Positions 53,918 to 62,975 of a DNA stretch of 64,000 nt are shown here, piece after piece. Where the stretch lies: positions 1 through 64,000 of the IMG/VR virus record IMGVR_UViG_3300038465_000055; one strand, given 5' to 3'. Position 1 is the stretch's first letter, and the number at the start of each line of letters is the position of its first letter. Made by a program: the position numbers and the translations under genes. Source of the DNA: a virus. The notes under the pieces are model-generated. The model had not been told where the DNA came from and searched no databases. It saw nothing but the letters and a program-made list of their open reading frames with translations.

Positions 53918-54748
53918 TCATGAAGCCAGTTCGACTCTCACGCGATCCAACTCAGCTTTACCCTTAACGGTGAGCATGTCCGGCGGCAAGTCCCGCAATG
54001 CGTAAATCCAAACCATGTAGCAGCGGCAGAACGGTTCCTCTCCAACCTTTGTTACCTTGTCGTACCAGCCGGCGCCGACGGGTTTGACTAAACCTTTCTC
54101 GGTCGCCCACGTATCGCGCAGCAAATAGATTTCCTGATCTCGTTCCTTGTGATCCTCGCGATAATCGTACCCCGGCTGTTTCCAATGCGAGCGCCAGCGT
54201 CCCGCGATCGCTTGCCCGCCAATGGCTACCACCTCCGAAATTGACGCTGTCAGCTTGTGACCTTGATCGATAAAAACTCGCCGTTCCTCAAAGGATAGCG
54301 ACGTTATCGATCGGCGAATCTTATCCTTGAGGCCAGCCTTGTTGCCCTGAGACGTCCCGCCCTTCGGCACCGACGTAGCCCAGCCAGAGAAGCGAGACAT
54401 CATGGTGTCGATCGTTGTCTTGCGCTTGCGCTTGATCAGATCTGCCGACGCCATGATGCGCTGATCGAGGATCTTACGAAGCTCCGGTCGCAGCTTGTCG
54501 ACAGTGAATGTGCTGATGCCGGGATGCTTACTATAGATCTGGCCCTTGTCGATCAGGCGCTCGTAAATCTGCGCCAGTCCGTCGCGCAGCATCTTGTCCA
54601 TCTCGGCTTCCGGCAGGAGCGAAGCCCTAGCCGACGTCGCCAGCTTTTCTTCCCATCTGCGCACGCGACCAATTTCGTCAAAGCCGTGATCGAGGATATC
54701 GACCACGGCCTGAGTCACGACGCGATAGAATGTGCTCTTGTCAGCCAT
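53918..54748 (-). CDS. Head morphogenesis protein (MuF/SPP1 gp7-like)
   Basis: IDQGHKL..WRSHW..YDYREDHKERD..GEEPFCRC. Confidence 0.85.
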   Translation of the reverse strand: MADKSTFYRVVTQAVVDILDHGFDEIGRVRRWEEKLATSARASLLPEAEMDKMLRDGLAQIYERLIDKGQIYSKHPGISTFTVDKLRPELRKILDQRIMASADLIKRKRKTTIDTMMSRFSGWATSVPKGGTSQGNKAGLKDKIRRSITSLSFEERRVFIDQGHKLTASISEVVAIGGQAIAGRWRSHWKQPGYDYREDHKERDQEIYLLRDTWATEKGLVKPVGAGWYDKVTKVGEEPFCRCYMVWIYALRDLPPDMLTVKGKAELDRVRVELAS

Positions 54749-55070
54749 GCTGATCTTGGCCGCTCTCCTGAGGCCCATCAGCCTTTTCGATTAGCGTGTA
54801 GCTTTCGAGGAACGCCTTGCGCGACGAGAACGACCGATAGCCGTCGTCATAGATCACATAGAAGTCGCCCTGCTTCGGCGTGTAGCGCGCGAGCATCTTA
54901 GGGTCGATCTGCTGCGAAGGATATTTCGCATCCATGAAATGCAGGAGACCATCTGCCATGCCCATGATCTCCAGCGCGCGCACCGTCTTGTGTGACTTGT
55001 AGAGCGGGACTTCCTTGTTGATGTTGAGCGTGGGGAAGCCGTTTGAAGTCTCGATATTATCGTCGGTCAT
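54741..55070 (-). CDS. Conserved phage protein (YKSHK...YVIYDDGYRSFS)
   Basis: Recognisable motif; coupled to neighbours. Confidence 0.7.
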   Translation of the reverse strand: MTDDNIETSNGFPTLNINKEVPLYKSHKTVRALEIMGMADGLLHFMDAKYPSQQIDPKMLARYTPKQGDFYVIYDDGYRSFSSRKAFLESYTLIEKADGPQESGQDQHG

Positions 55071-55261
55071 GTTTCAACCTTTCCTCGTTGATTTCGTTGC
55101 TCTTGGGAACGTTTCTGACGGATTCTCTCGTTGGTGTTGATGCGGCTGGCCTGCAACGCATATTCCCGCGCACGTCTGTTGAAATCGGTCTCTGGCGGAA
55201 TTAACCCGACCAGCTCCAAAATCTCTCGCTTCACGACCTTGTAATTATTTTTATGCCTCAT
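55067..55261 (-). CDS. Hypothetical protein
   Basis: 64 aa, ATGA-coupled both sides. Confidence 0.5.
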   Translation of the reverse strand: MRHKNNYKVVKREILELVGLIPPETDFNRRAREYALQASRINTNERIRQKRSQEQRNQRGKVET

Positions 55262-56808
55262 GCTGCATTTGGCCTGCGATCTGGCGCGATGATCGGCGAG
55301 TTTGGCGTCTTGCCGCTGCCTGTATATTGCGCCAGCGAATCCCTGTAGGCTGCGAGCGCGTCGGTCCTCGGTTTGAACGAGCCTTCGATGTTCTTCGTCT
55401 CGGCCTGTTTTCCCTCCATCTCCAACTGCTTCTCAGGCGGCACATAATTGACCAGAGCGTCGAAATCCAGATCGAGCCGCACGCCGAACATCAGCTTTTG
55501 ATTGTTGAAGATATCCTGCAACCATTCGAGCAGCTTGGCCTTGTTGTCCGGATCGGCCATCGGCGCCATCATCTCGAAGGCCGCCAGCACCGCGCGGAAG
55601 CGAACGTCCTCGACTTGGATCTTCTCGCTGTCGGGCTCTGTCAGGAGGTTAGGCCACGTCGCCTTCATGTTGTTGGTGACGTCGTAAAACCACGTCTGAT
55701 ATTTGACGCCTCCAAACTCATCCGGAAACTCGCTCTTGATCGTATCGAAAAACTCCTCGTTGAATGCGCGGCGTTGGATGATCGGGTCCATAAACGCATA
55801 GGTTGGCGCCATGTCGTCGCGAATGCGTGTGATGAAGCGAGACTCGGCTGCCGCGTCCTCCGTGCCCTCGCCAAACCCCTCTGCGAAAGTCTCATGGTTC
55901 AACATGCGAGCTGGCATCGGCACAGCCGTGGCAATGTTTTGCAGGACGTTCTTTCGCGACTCGGACATAGCGGTGTTGACGTTAGTGAGGTCGATCCCCT
56001 TGATATCCTCATCCTTCTCGACGCTGATGACGTTCTCGGTGGCCGCCTGCTTGATCATGGCGCGCTTGATGCCGGCCATCAGCAGCATCGCCCGATCGAT
56101 AATCGATCCTGCCGACTTCAGCACCGCGACGATGATGCCGGCTTTCTTCGTAACCATGTCGTCGGTGATCATGGACTGGACGAAAGACTTCAGCGGGAAC
56201 AGCGCGCGCTGGTAGGCCGATCGGCCGACGTAACCGTAAGCGCTGGCCGTGTACTCGATATAGATCGGGCTTTCGTTCATAACCACGATCGCGCGCGAGC
56301 GATGATACGACACCCCATTGATCGCTATGTTGTCGACCTTCTGGAAGTCGGTTGCATTGGGGCGCTGATTAAGGACGAGGCTTCCGGCGGTATTGAGAGG
56401 ATCGAGCACATTCCAGCTAATCGACAATTTGGCAAGTCGATCGAACGGCATAGGCTCAGAGGGCAGGAAATCGTCACTGACGACGCACAGCGTAGAGATG
56501 CCATACACTCTCGCCAGTACATGAGTGTTGAAGATATTTCTGTCGGCATTGTCGGACGTCCACTGCTTGTTCCATTGCTCCTTTAGCCGCTGCTCGATGC
56601 CGGGATGCTTTGGGAACGCGATCTCCCGCGGCTGGCTCATCGCGATGCGAATCGGCTCCTCGACGATCTTGGCGCCGAGCGGGTGGAACACGTAGATGGT
56701 TTTGCAGATCTGGTAACTGGCGGGAGCGCCGGGGACTATCTCAGGGGCCATAAGCAGCCCTTGGAGCGACTGGCCTAGCGTGCTGCCGTTGATGATGACT
56801 TCGGCCAC
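55258..56808 (-). CDS. Portal protein (DUF1073-like)
   Basis: HPLGAKIVEEP..ARVYG..LDPLNTAGS..YHRSR..GFGEGTED; follows terL. Confidence 0.88.
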   Translation of the reverse strand: MAEVIINGSTLGQSLQGLLMAPEIVPGAPASYQICKTIYVFHPLGAKIVEEPIRIAMSQPREIAFPKHPGIEQRLKEQWNKQWTSDNADRNIFNTHVLARVYGISTLCVVSDDFLPSEPMPFDRLAKLSISWNVLDPLNTAGSLVLNQRPNATDFQKVDNIAINGVSYHRSRAIVVMNESPIYIEYTASAYGYVGRSAYQRALFPLKSFVQSMITDDMVTKKAGIIVAVLKSAGSIIDRAMLLMAGIKRAMIKQAATENVISVEKDEDIKGIDLTNVNTAMSESRKNVLQNIATAVPMPARMLNHETFAEGFGEGTEDAAAESRFITRIRDDMAPTYAFMDPIIQRRAFNEEFFDTIKSEFPDEFGGVKYQTWFYDVTNNMKATWPNLLTEPDSEKIQVEDVRFRAVLAAFEMMAPMADPDNKAKLLEWLQDIFNNQKLMFGVRLDLDFDALVNYVPPEKQLEMEGKQAETKNIEGSFKPRTDALAAYRDSLAQYTGSGKTPNSPIIAPDRRPNAA

Positions 56809-57267
56809 TTGTTACCCCGTCGCGAGAAGCTACAGGGCAGCCTTATCATCACCGGGCGCTTTCGTCACTATCGACTTAACATGATCTCTCGGAACAAGCT
56901 TTTGTGCTTTTGCATGGAGCGAGGCAATCTGATCTTCGCCGGTTTCAATCCACGTCCGCGCTGATAACGATCCCAAGCTTTCATCCATGGCCTGCGGAGA
57001 GCACGCAATCGATGCAGTGTGCGTGCTAATGCTTTTCGGCATCGTCCCGGCGCCAACCCTCAAGCCGCTCGCGCAATTCATCTATGTTCATGTGTCGCTC
57101 CCAGCGCGCATCTAATTCCGTCCATCGCAGCTTTGCCGCACGCGCAGACGCCGGACCAATCGGTGCAGTCTCTCCCGCTGTCACGCACGGCATTTCCGCC
57201 TATCGCCGCGTTGGCGGCCACGAAAGAGACCGATGCTGCGCCGGGATGCTCTGCGTGGGCAACTATG

Positions 57268-58674
57268 TCACTGGCCTTCGGAGTTTCCGAGGGCGATGGC
57301 GAGTCCGTAGCAATATGCGTCCAGAAGGTCATCTGCTCGCCGACTGGCATCTTTGTCACCGATTCTAAAGCCTGTAACCTGCGTCAACAGATGGTTGCGC
57401 GTCTCGCGCTTGAAAGTAACGGTCTTGTCATAGGCTAGTTGGCTGGTTTTTACAAGGCCGCGATAATGATAACTTGAGACCGAAATGGCTCTTTCGTCCT
57501 TACCGGCCGCCGTCAGGGTTGATTCGATCTCGTTGACGTTCCAGCCACGATTGCGGCCCTGCTGCAGCAGGATAGAACCGGAACCTTTATCCTCGATCCA
57601 TGCGCCAACGCTGCCCTGCCGGGCGCCGCATTCCTTCGCATAGTGCTCCAGCATGTCGAACACCACAGGCATCCAGAGCTCTAGTGTGGCGCCCTCAACC
57701 TGAATGATGTCCCAATCGAGAACGGTCAGAGGATGCTGCGCTGTGCTATTGAGCGCGAAATAGATCACCGCCGTGCCATCGTGCTCGGCGCCATCCTTGA
57801 CGGCGGTGTCGATCACAGCGAACACGGTATCGCACGGCTTGACGCCAGCGATCGGCTTACCTTCCACCATCCACTTCGCTGGATCAAAGAACGCCTTGCC
57901 TGCCCAATCGACGAACTCGGCCTCGTACTCTTGCGCATAAACCAGAGGATCGTTGTCGCGCCGCAGGTCCTCAAGATACGTCGTGCGATTGAGAATCCAT
58001 TGCATTCGGCTTTCGCCCGGCATCCGCTTGGGCAACCGATCGTTGTCGACCGTCTTGGCGTGATACTCAATGAAGCTGTACTGCGGATCGGTGCAGATCT
58101 TGTAAAAGAAATTGTCTGGATTCTTGCCGGCGCTATTCGAGCAGACCAGCGCTTCACCGCGGAAGTCGAACAGCGTTGGCTTGATCGACTTTTCCCAGAT
58201 GTCCATCATCGAACCATCGGTGGTGTTGTCACCATCCTTTGCGAACGCTGCCTCGTCGATCACGATGCGCTGATAGCGGCGCGATCGCCCGGCCATGTGA
58301 TTTTCCAATGTCCAGAAGTCTAGGCGCCCGCCGCTCCATGATCTCATGACCGCTGCGCCCTTGCTGCCACCGTCGACGATCGGCGCAAATGCTCCGCGCA
58401 TTTCTGTGTAGGCCTCCGACCACGTCTTATGCTGCGGAGCGAACCAGCCGCACTCCATGCCGTTGGCGAGCCCGTCACCGATCCACAGCTTTGCATAGTC
58501 GGTCTTGCCCCAGCGCCGGCCGCAACGCAGCGCTTTGAAGCGATGCCCCGCCAGCGCGTGCCATGCCGCAGACTGCCCCTTATGCAGTGTCGGGAGCGAC
58601 AGCCTAACTTGGATCTCTTTGTCGCCGGGATGCCTGTGCTCGCGCTCGTCGTCCAGAATTACAACGTCGCCCAT
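57268..58674 (-). CDS. terL: Terminase large subunit
   Basis: Walker A CGRRWGKT, Walker B IVIDEAAF, QEYEAEF, nuclease IDTA, EDKGSG, DDLLD. Confidence 0.95.
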   Translation of the reverse strand: MGDVVILDDEREHRHPGDKEIQVRLSLPTLHKGQSAAWHALAGHRFKALRCGRRWGKTDYAKLWIGDGLANGMECGWFAPQHKTWSEAYTEMRGAFAPIVDGGSKGAAVMRSWSGGRLDFWTLENHMAGRSRRYQRIVIDEAAFAKDGDNTTDGSMMDIWEKSIKPTLFDFRGEALVCSNSAGKNPDNFFYKICTDPQYSFIEYHAKTVDNDRLPKRMPGESRMQWILNRTTYLEDLRRDNDPLVYAQEYEAEFVDWAGKAFFDPAKWMVEGKPIAGVKPCDTVFAVIDTAVKDGAEHDGTAVIYFALNSTAQHPLTVLDWDIIQVEGATLELWMPVVFDMLEHYAKECGARQGSVGAWIEDKGSGSILLQQGRNRGWNVNEIESTLTAAGKDERAISVSSYHYRGLVKTSQLAYDKTVTFKRETRNHLLTQVTGFRIGDKDASRRADDLLDAYCYGLAIALGNSEGQ

Positions 58675-58880
58675 GGGAATACTCCTCTAGCCACGGCATC
58701 ATTTCTATAAAAATGGCGAAGCTTCTGTTCCATCCTAAACCGCGCGCCGTGCTTCACCCCGGCAGCATTGAACAGTCTGCTCAAGATCACGCGATGCCGA
58801 TCGGTGTGTTTGCTGATCTCACGCAACGTGGCGCCGTCCATATAGAGCTGGATCGCTTCGGCGCGCTGCTCGTCGGTCAT
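58659..58880 (-). CDS. HTH DNA-binding protein
   Basis: MTDEQRAEAIQLYMDGATLREISKHTDRHRVILSRL. Confidence 0.6.
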   Translation of the reverse strand: MTDEQRAEAIQLYMDGATLREISKHTDRHRVILSRLFNAAGVKHGARFRMEQKLRHFYRNDAVARGVFPWATL

Positions 58881-58921
58881 GTGCCGGCGCCCCGTCGTAA
58901 GCTTGGCGATCTTCCTCCGCT

Positions 58922-59158
58922 TCATTTGCCAGAGCACTCCGGACAGAGCCAGATGCGACCTTGCGGCCCGTTGCGCTCAAGCCAGCCGGCAAGCATCGCT
59001 AGGTTGTGGGCCCCTATGTAACCGTTTGGATCGGAAAAGATCTTGTGCCCATGGCAGAACATCTTCGAGCGATCGTCGCAATCCAGCTCCACTTGTATCG
59101 GAAGCCGGCCAGCTCGATCGGGGGCCAAGGGCATACTATGCGTGATCGAGATGCCCAC
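58922..59158 (-). CDS. Small Zn-ribbon protein
   Basis: CD..C..AGW..WLCPECS. Confidence 0.55.
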   Translation of the reverse strand: MGISITHSMPLAPDRAGRLPIQVELDCDDRSKMFCHGHKIFSDPNGYIGAHNLAMLAGWLERNGPQGRIWLCPECSGK

Positions 59159-59267
59159 GGGAGCGCTTACCTAAACCAAAGCCATGTGCCCAGCCCGATC
59201 CCTATTGCCACGGCAAAGGCAGAGAGCACAAAACCAATAAGAAATCCCTCCAAAGCAGCACGGTCCA

Positions 59268-59450
59268 TCACTTCTTGTCCCATGGTGTTGGCGGTAGCGT
59301 GACAGGCTTCGGAGCGAATCCGCCTCGGCGTTTGTCAATTGTGTATCTCGTACCTGTCCTAGACGACGCCTGCCGCATGATCATAAGCTTTTGCTGCTCT
59401 CTGGCGGTAAGCGGTGGATCGCCTTTCTTCTGGATCGTCATCGTGGCCAC
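59268..59450 (-). CDS. Hypothetical protein
   Basis: 60 aa ending PKPVTLPPTPWD. Confidence 0.45.
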   Translation of the reverse strand: MATMTIQKKGDPPLTAREQQKLMIMRQASSRTGTRYTIDKRRGGFAPKPVTLPPTPWDKK

Positions 59451-59481
59451 CGCCTTGATACCATGCCGGGCTTGAACGCCT

Positions 59482-59622
59482 TCAACAGATCGACCATGGC
59501 AGATCTCCCATCTTCATCGCTGAAATAGAGCACAGCCGCGTCGACCCCGGCTTAAAGTGATTGACAAAAATACGTTCGATGAGAGCAGTGTATCGGTTCT
59601 CGACAGTCTCTCCCTTAGCCAT
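59482..59622 (-). pseudogene. Probable truncated N-terminus of the cognate restriction endonuclease
   Basis: MAKGETVENRYTALIERIFVNHFKPGST starts overlapping the dcm stop and resembles N-termini of endonucleases paired with this MTase type; stops after 46 aa. Confidence 0.5.
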
Positions 59623-60946
59623 GGAGTTCTCCCAAGGCATGCAGGCGAGCCGCTTCCGTCTCTTGCTGAGTTCGCTTGCGAGCACCACTCTTCCGATCTC
59701 GCCTTCCGTTCGGAGCAGCCACTCCGAAGTAGCTCGCCGCTTGCGACATCTCGATAGAAAGTAGAGCTACGTCCCCGAGCTCGACCGCCTTTCTAGGGCG
59801 GCTCGGCCTGTAGCCAAGTCCCCTAACTATTTCGCTCGCAATTGCCCGAGCTAAAGCGGGAGGGACGGCGTTGCCGATCTGTCGCGCTCCATGCCACTTG
59901 GTCGAATGCAGTCGAAACCAATCGGGAAAGCCGTGCAGTCGCGCCATCTCACGCACAGTGATGCAGCGCGGGTATTTGTAGTGTATCGGTCGCGGGCTTG
60001 TAAAAGCACCTCGGGCTCCGTCAGTGCCGGCCCTAAGCGTGTTCGAGAGACCTTTTGCCGGCAGACGGAAGAACCTGGAAATCGGTTCTACCGAACCCGG
60101 CTCGGTGCGGTCGAACCTCTGTTGGGAAATCACCGAGTGTCCGGTTCGCCAAGACGAGGTCAAAACGGACGGGTCCCAGTTTCTCACGTATCCATAGTGC
60201 CATGCATCGTTCGTTAGGCACCGCAATTCTCTGGCGTAGGTTGATGGCTTATTCCACTTTGTGGGTCGCATGCTATCGCCCCGCTCTAGCGCCGCGTATT
60301 TATCGGCGTTCGGTAAATCACCAAGAGCGTCGGCGCATGTCGGGCCATGTGGCAAATCCAGCGCGGGTTCGTCGGCGGCACTTGTCGTTCGCCGAGGGTA
60401 CTCGGGCAGCCGCACGCCTTTCTTAGCACCGACCAAAATCAAGCGTTCACGATGTTGCGGAACGCCGAAGTGCGCAGCGTCAAACACCTGCCACGGCAGC
60501 CGGACAACATAGCCGGCTTCTGCAAACGCAGCGACAAGCTCGTCCAAGAAGGCGCGGTGCCGCCCGACCGTCAGGCCCTTTACGTTCTCGAAGACAAATG
60601 TCTGAGCGCGCAATTCGCGCACGAGCCGCACAAATTCCAGAACAAGCGAATTGCGCGGATCATCAAGGACGCGATGACCGATCAACGAGAAGCCCTGACA
60701 TGGAGGTCCACCGAACACGCAATCAACTTGCTGATTGCCAATTCCGGCGGCCCGCCTGATCTCCGCGCCGGTAATCTCCGCAACGCTTTTTGGGATAACT
60801 GCGCAATTCGGAAAATTGAATTTGTGAACAGCACAATGGATCGGCTCGATCTCCACCGAGGCGACTACGTCAAACCCCGCCTGCTCGAACCCAAGCGACA
60901 TTCCCCCAGCGCCCGAAAACAGGTCAATTCCAATAGGCCGCGCCAT
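59615..60946 (-). CDS. dcm: DNA (cytosine-5) methyltransferase
   Basis: DLFSGAGG, GGPPCQGFS, FENV, PQHRER, TVREMARLHGFPD, QIGNAVPP. Confidence 0.96.
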   Translation of the reverse strand: MARPIGIDLFSGAGGMSLGFEQAGFDVVASVEIEPIHCAVHKFNFPNCAVIPKSVAEITGAEIRRAAGIGNQQVDCVFGGPPCQGFSLIGHRVLDDPRNSLVLEFVRLVRELRAQTFVFENVKGLTVGRHRAFLDELVAAFAEAGYVVRLPWQVFDAAHFGVPQHRERLILVGAKKGVRLPEYPRRTTSAADEPALDLPHGPTCADALGDLPNADKYAALERGDSMRPTKWNKPSTYARELRCLTNDAWHYGYVRNWDPSVLTSSWRTGHSVISQQRFDRTEPGSVEPISRFFRLPAKGLSNTLRAGTDGARGAFTSPRPIHYKYPRCITVREMARLHGFPDWFRLHSTKWHGARQIGNAVPPALARAIASEIVRGLGYRPSRPRKAVELGDVALLSIEMSQAASYFGVAAPNGRRDRKSGARKRTQQETEAARLHALGELHG

Positions 60947-61074
60947 CGTCACCCCAAATCGATTCGCTATCGACATTAACGGCAACGCCACTCTATTGCT
61001 TTGGACATCGTACGTTGATCACAAGAAATCTTTCATGCTTATCCGGTTTGGACATACGGCCCTAGATGTTGTGG

Positions 61075-61299
61075 TCATGTGTCGTCATCTTCTGCGTAGG
61101 CTCCGGGCTTGCAGGTTTCCCATCCGCCGTCGTGATGGTCGGTGTGGCAGGTTTCGCACCATGTCCGATTGCCTTCACAGACCGGACATTGATGAACGTT
61201 CCTGCGGTTGCCTTCCCCGAGCGCCGCGATATCAGCGTCGCCACGCAACAGATTCTGGCAGGGCTGCGTCCCGACCGTGTAGCGGTGCTGCGGTTTCAT
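61075..61299 (-). CDS. Small Cys-rich protein
   Basis: CPVCEGNRTWCETCHTDHH; ATGA-coupled. Confidence 0.55.
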   Translation of the reverse strand: MKPQHRYTVGTQPCQNLLRGDADIAALGEGNRRNVHQCPVCEGNRTWCETCHTDHHDGGWETCKPGAYAEDDDT

Positions 61300-61550
61300 G
61301 CCATCCTCGCATCCGGGTCATAATCGTCTGGCGGGGTCAATTGGTGCATCAATCTGACCAGGGCGGCATTCGCTTTTGGCCCAAACGCCCCGTGATCGAC
61401 CGGAAACGCCTCAGATACGCGGCTGAATATCTCTTCGCCAACTTCTTGATGCACGAGATCAAGCAGGCTTCCAAAGGCTTCTACGGCGTCGGCTAAATCG
61501 CCAACCAAATCCGCCGCGATTTGCAGGCGGATAGATTTCTGAGCGCTCAT
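61296..61550 (-). CDS. Hypothetical protein
   Basis: AGGAGG RBS; 84 aa. Confidence 0.6.
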   Translation of the reverse strand: MSAQKSIRLQIAADLVGDLADAVEAFGSLLDLVHQEVGEEIFSRVSEAFPVDHGAFGPKANAALVRLMHQLTPPDDYDPDARMA

Positions 61551-61630
61551 TGCGGCCTCCTAGATATAGTGGGTTTCAGCGTTTGTGTGCGGCAACCGGA
61601 TAAGCATGCAAAAGTATTCTACGCTCATGG

Positions 61631-61762
61631 CTACCACCACTTGATCAGGAAATGGACGACGATGACGGCAGCGCCGCCCCACACCATCGTCCAGAAGGCA
61701 GCGTAGACGCCGATTATCAGGAACGCAGCCCACGGCACTGGCGCCTTTTTAGGCTCGCTCAT
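61631..61762 (-). CDS. Small membrane protein
   Basis: MSEPKKAPVPWAAFLIIG..VIVVHFLIKWW. Confidence 0.55.
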   Translation of the reverse strand: MSEPKKAPVPWAAFLIIGVYAAFWTMVWGGAAVIVVHFLIKWW

Positions 61763-61965
61763 CGTCTGCCCTTCGCAAAATCTTCGGTGCATGACGGGCA
61801 AGCGTGCGCCCATTGTTTGTCTGGGCCTTTGTAGACGCGCCAGCCATTTTGTTTTGCAGCGGCCAGCGCCGCAGTGAAATCCACATGCTCAGTGTCGAAA
61901 GATTCAGGACACTCGTCGCAATGAACCACAAAGGCTTGCGCGCCGGAATCGAGCTGCATCGTCAT
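61759..61965 (-). CDS. Small Zn-ribbon protein
   Basis: CDEC..AKQNGW..HACPSC. Confidence 0.65.
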   Translation of the reverse strand: MTMQLDSGAQAFVVHCDECPESFDTEHVDFTAALAAAKQNGWRVYKGPDKQWAHACPSCTEDFAKGRR

Positions 61966-62192
61966 GACAGCTTCTCCAATAGCTGCTCGGCCTTGTACTT
62001 TACCTTATTGAGCGCGCCATGATCAAACGGCTTGTTATCGGTGGCGCACAATACGCGCCCCACTGGCAGCGCCGCGACGAACTCGCGCAACAGATCCTCG
62101 GCGTTCTCCGCGCGCACGCACAGATCATATGCATCCTTGGCGAGATCAGCAGCTCGCTTGTAGAGTCCCAATAGCCGATCGGTGTCGTTCAT
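61962..62192 (-). CDS. Hypothetical protein
   Basis: MNDTDRLLG..; ATGA-coupled. Confidence 0.5.
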   Translation of the reverse strand: MNDTDRLLGLYKRAADLAKDAYDLCVRAENAEDLLREFVAALPVGRVLCATDNKPFDHGALNKVKYKAEQLLEKLS

Positions 62193-62650
62193 AGCGTGCC
62201 TTTCTTCCTGCGCCGGTACCACGTGCGCCGCGATATCCTCGGCCGCATCTTCTTCCATGGCTTTGTCTGCTCGATCGTGCTGGCCGAGTCCTCAAGGCGA
62301 GGGCGGCCGGGCTTGTGCTTAACAAGCGTTGCTTCCACATCCTTAAGATCGTCGCTGGATGGCGGTCGCCAAGCAGGCGCACTGGCGTAAGATCCAACAG
62401 CTTCGGGTGGCACGCACCGATGCGTGCGCCCGACGAGCGCGAGGTTGGCGCCACATGCCGGGCAGTTGTCAGTCATCATCGTCGTCTTTCGGCACAGTAT
62501 TGTCGCTCGGACCTGCAACATCTCTGGATTTTTCTCAATACAAACGGGGAAGCCGAGAGCGTCCATAATCAATCCGCGCAAATCCTCGGCAGCTCTGAGA
62601 TCGTCACGCTCGAAATCAGTTTCCATTTCCACGACGAACGCTCGCTTCAT
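62189..62650 (-). CDS. Zn-ribbon + AT-hook-like + HTH-like protein (paralog 2)
   Basis: CPACGANLALVGRTHRCVPP..GRPR..PW..ISRRTWYRR. Confidence 0.65.
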   Translation of the reverse strand: MKRAFVVEMETDFERDDLRAAEDLRGLIMDALGFPVCIEKNPEMLQVRATILCRKTTMMTDNCPACGANLALVGRTHRCVPPEAVGSYASAPAWRPPSSDDLKDVEATLVKHKPGRPRLEDSASTIEQTKPWKKMRPRISRRTWYRRRKKGTL

Positions 62651-62931
62651 TTGCGGGACGCCTTTTCCTCTGCCTTACGACGACGCCATGTCCTTTCTGA
62701 CATACCGAGAGCAACCCACGGTTCGTGCTTGGGCGACTTTGGATCACCAATGCGAGGGCGACCACGCTTCGGATTGATTGCACCGGGGGGCGAAGGTCTC
62801 GTCGTGACCTGCGAAGGCCCTTGGTTCCTACCGCCCTTGCGCACCATGCCCTCAGTCAACGGTGGGATACACCGATGGCTGATGCCGACCATATCGATGT
62901 TAGCGCCGCATTTGGGACAGGGATTTGCCAT
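62647..62931 (-). CDS. Zn-ribbon + AT-hook-like + HTH-like protein (paralog 1)
   Basis: CPKCGANIDMVGISHRCIPP..RGRPR..PWVALGMSERTWRRR. Confidence 0.7.
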   Translation of the reverse strand: MANPCPKCGANIDMVGISHRCIPPLTEGMVRKGGRNQGPSQVTTRPSPPGAINPKRGRPRIGDPKSPKHEPWVALGMSERTWRRRKAEEKASRK

Positions 62932-62975
62932 GACCGGATTTATGGCAGAATTTATGGCAGTGCGCAAGGCCGGCG

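Larger units (their letters stand above)
61034..61608. repeat. 15-bp perfect inverted repeats bracketing two small ORFs
   Basis: CATGCTTATCCGGTT (61034-61048) / AACCGGATAAGCATG (61594-61608). Confidence 0.8.

Noticed and set aside
55258-56808. Anti-CBASS Acb1 activity of the DUF1073-like protein
   Set aside because: No fused 2H-phosphoesterase (HxT/S pair) domain seen; size and position fit a plain portal
56830-57267. ORFs between terL and portal
   Set aside because: Several overlapping short frames with no convincing RBS or motif; could not choose one
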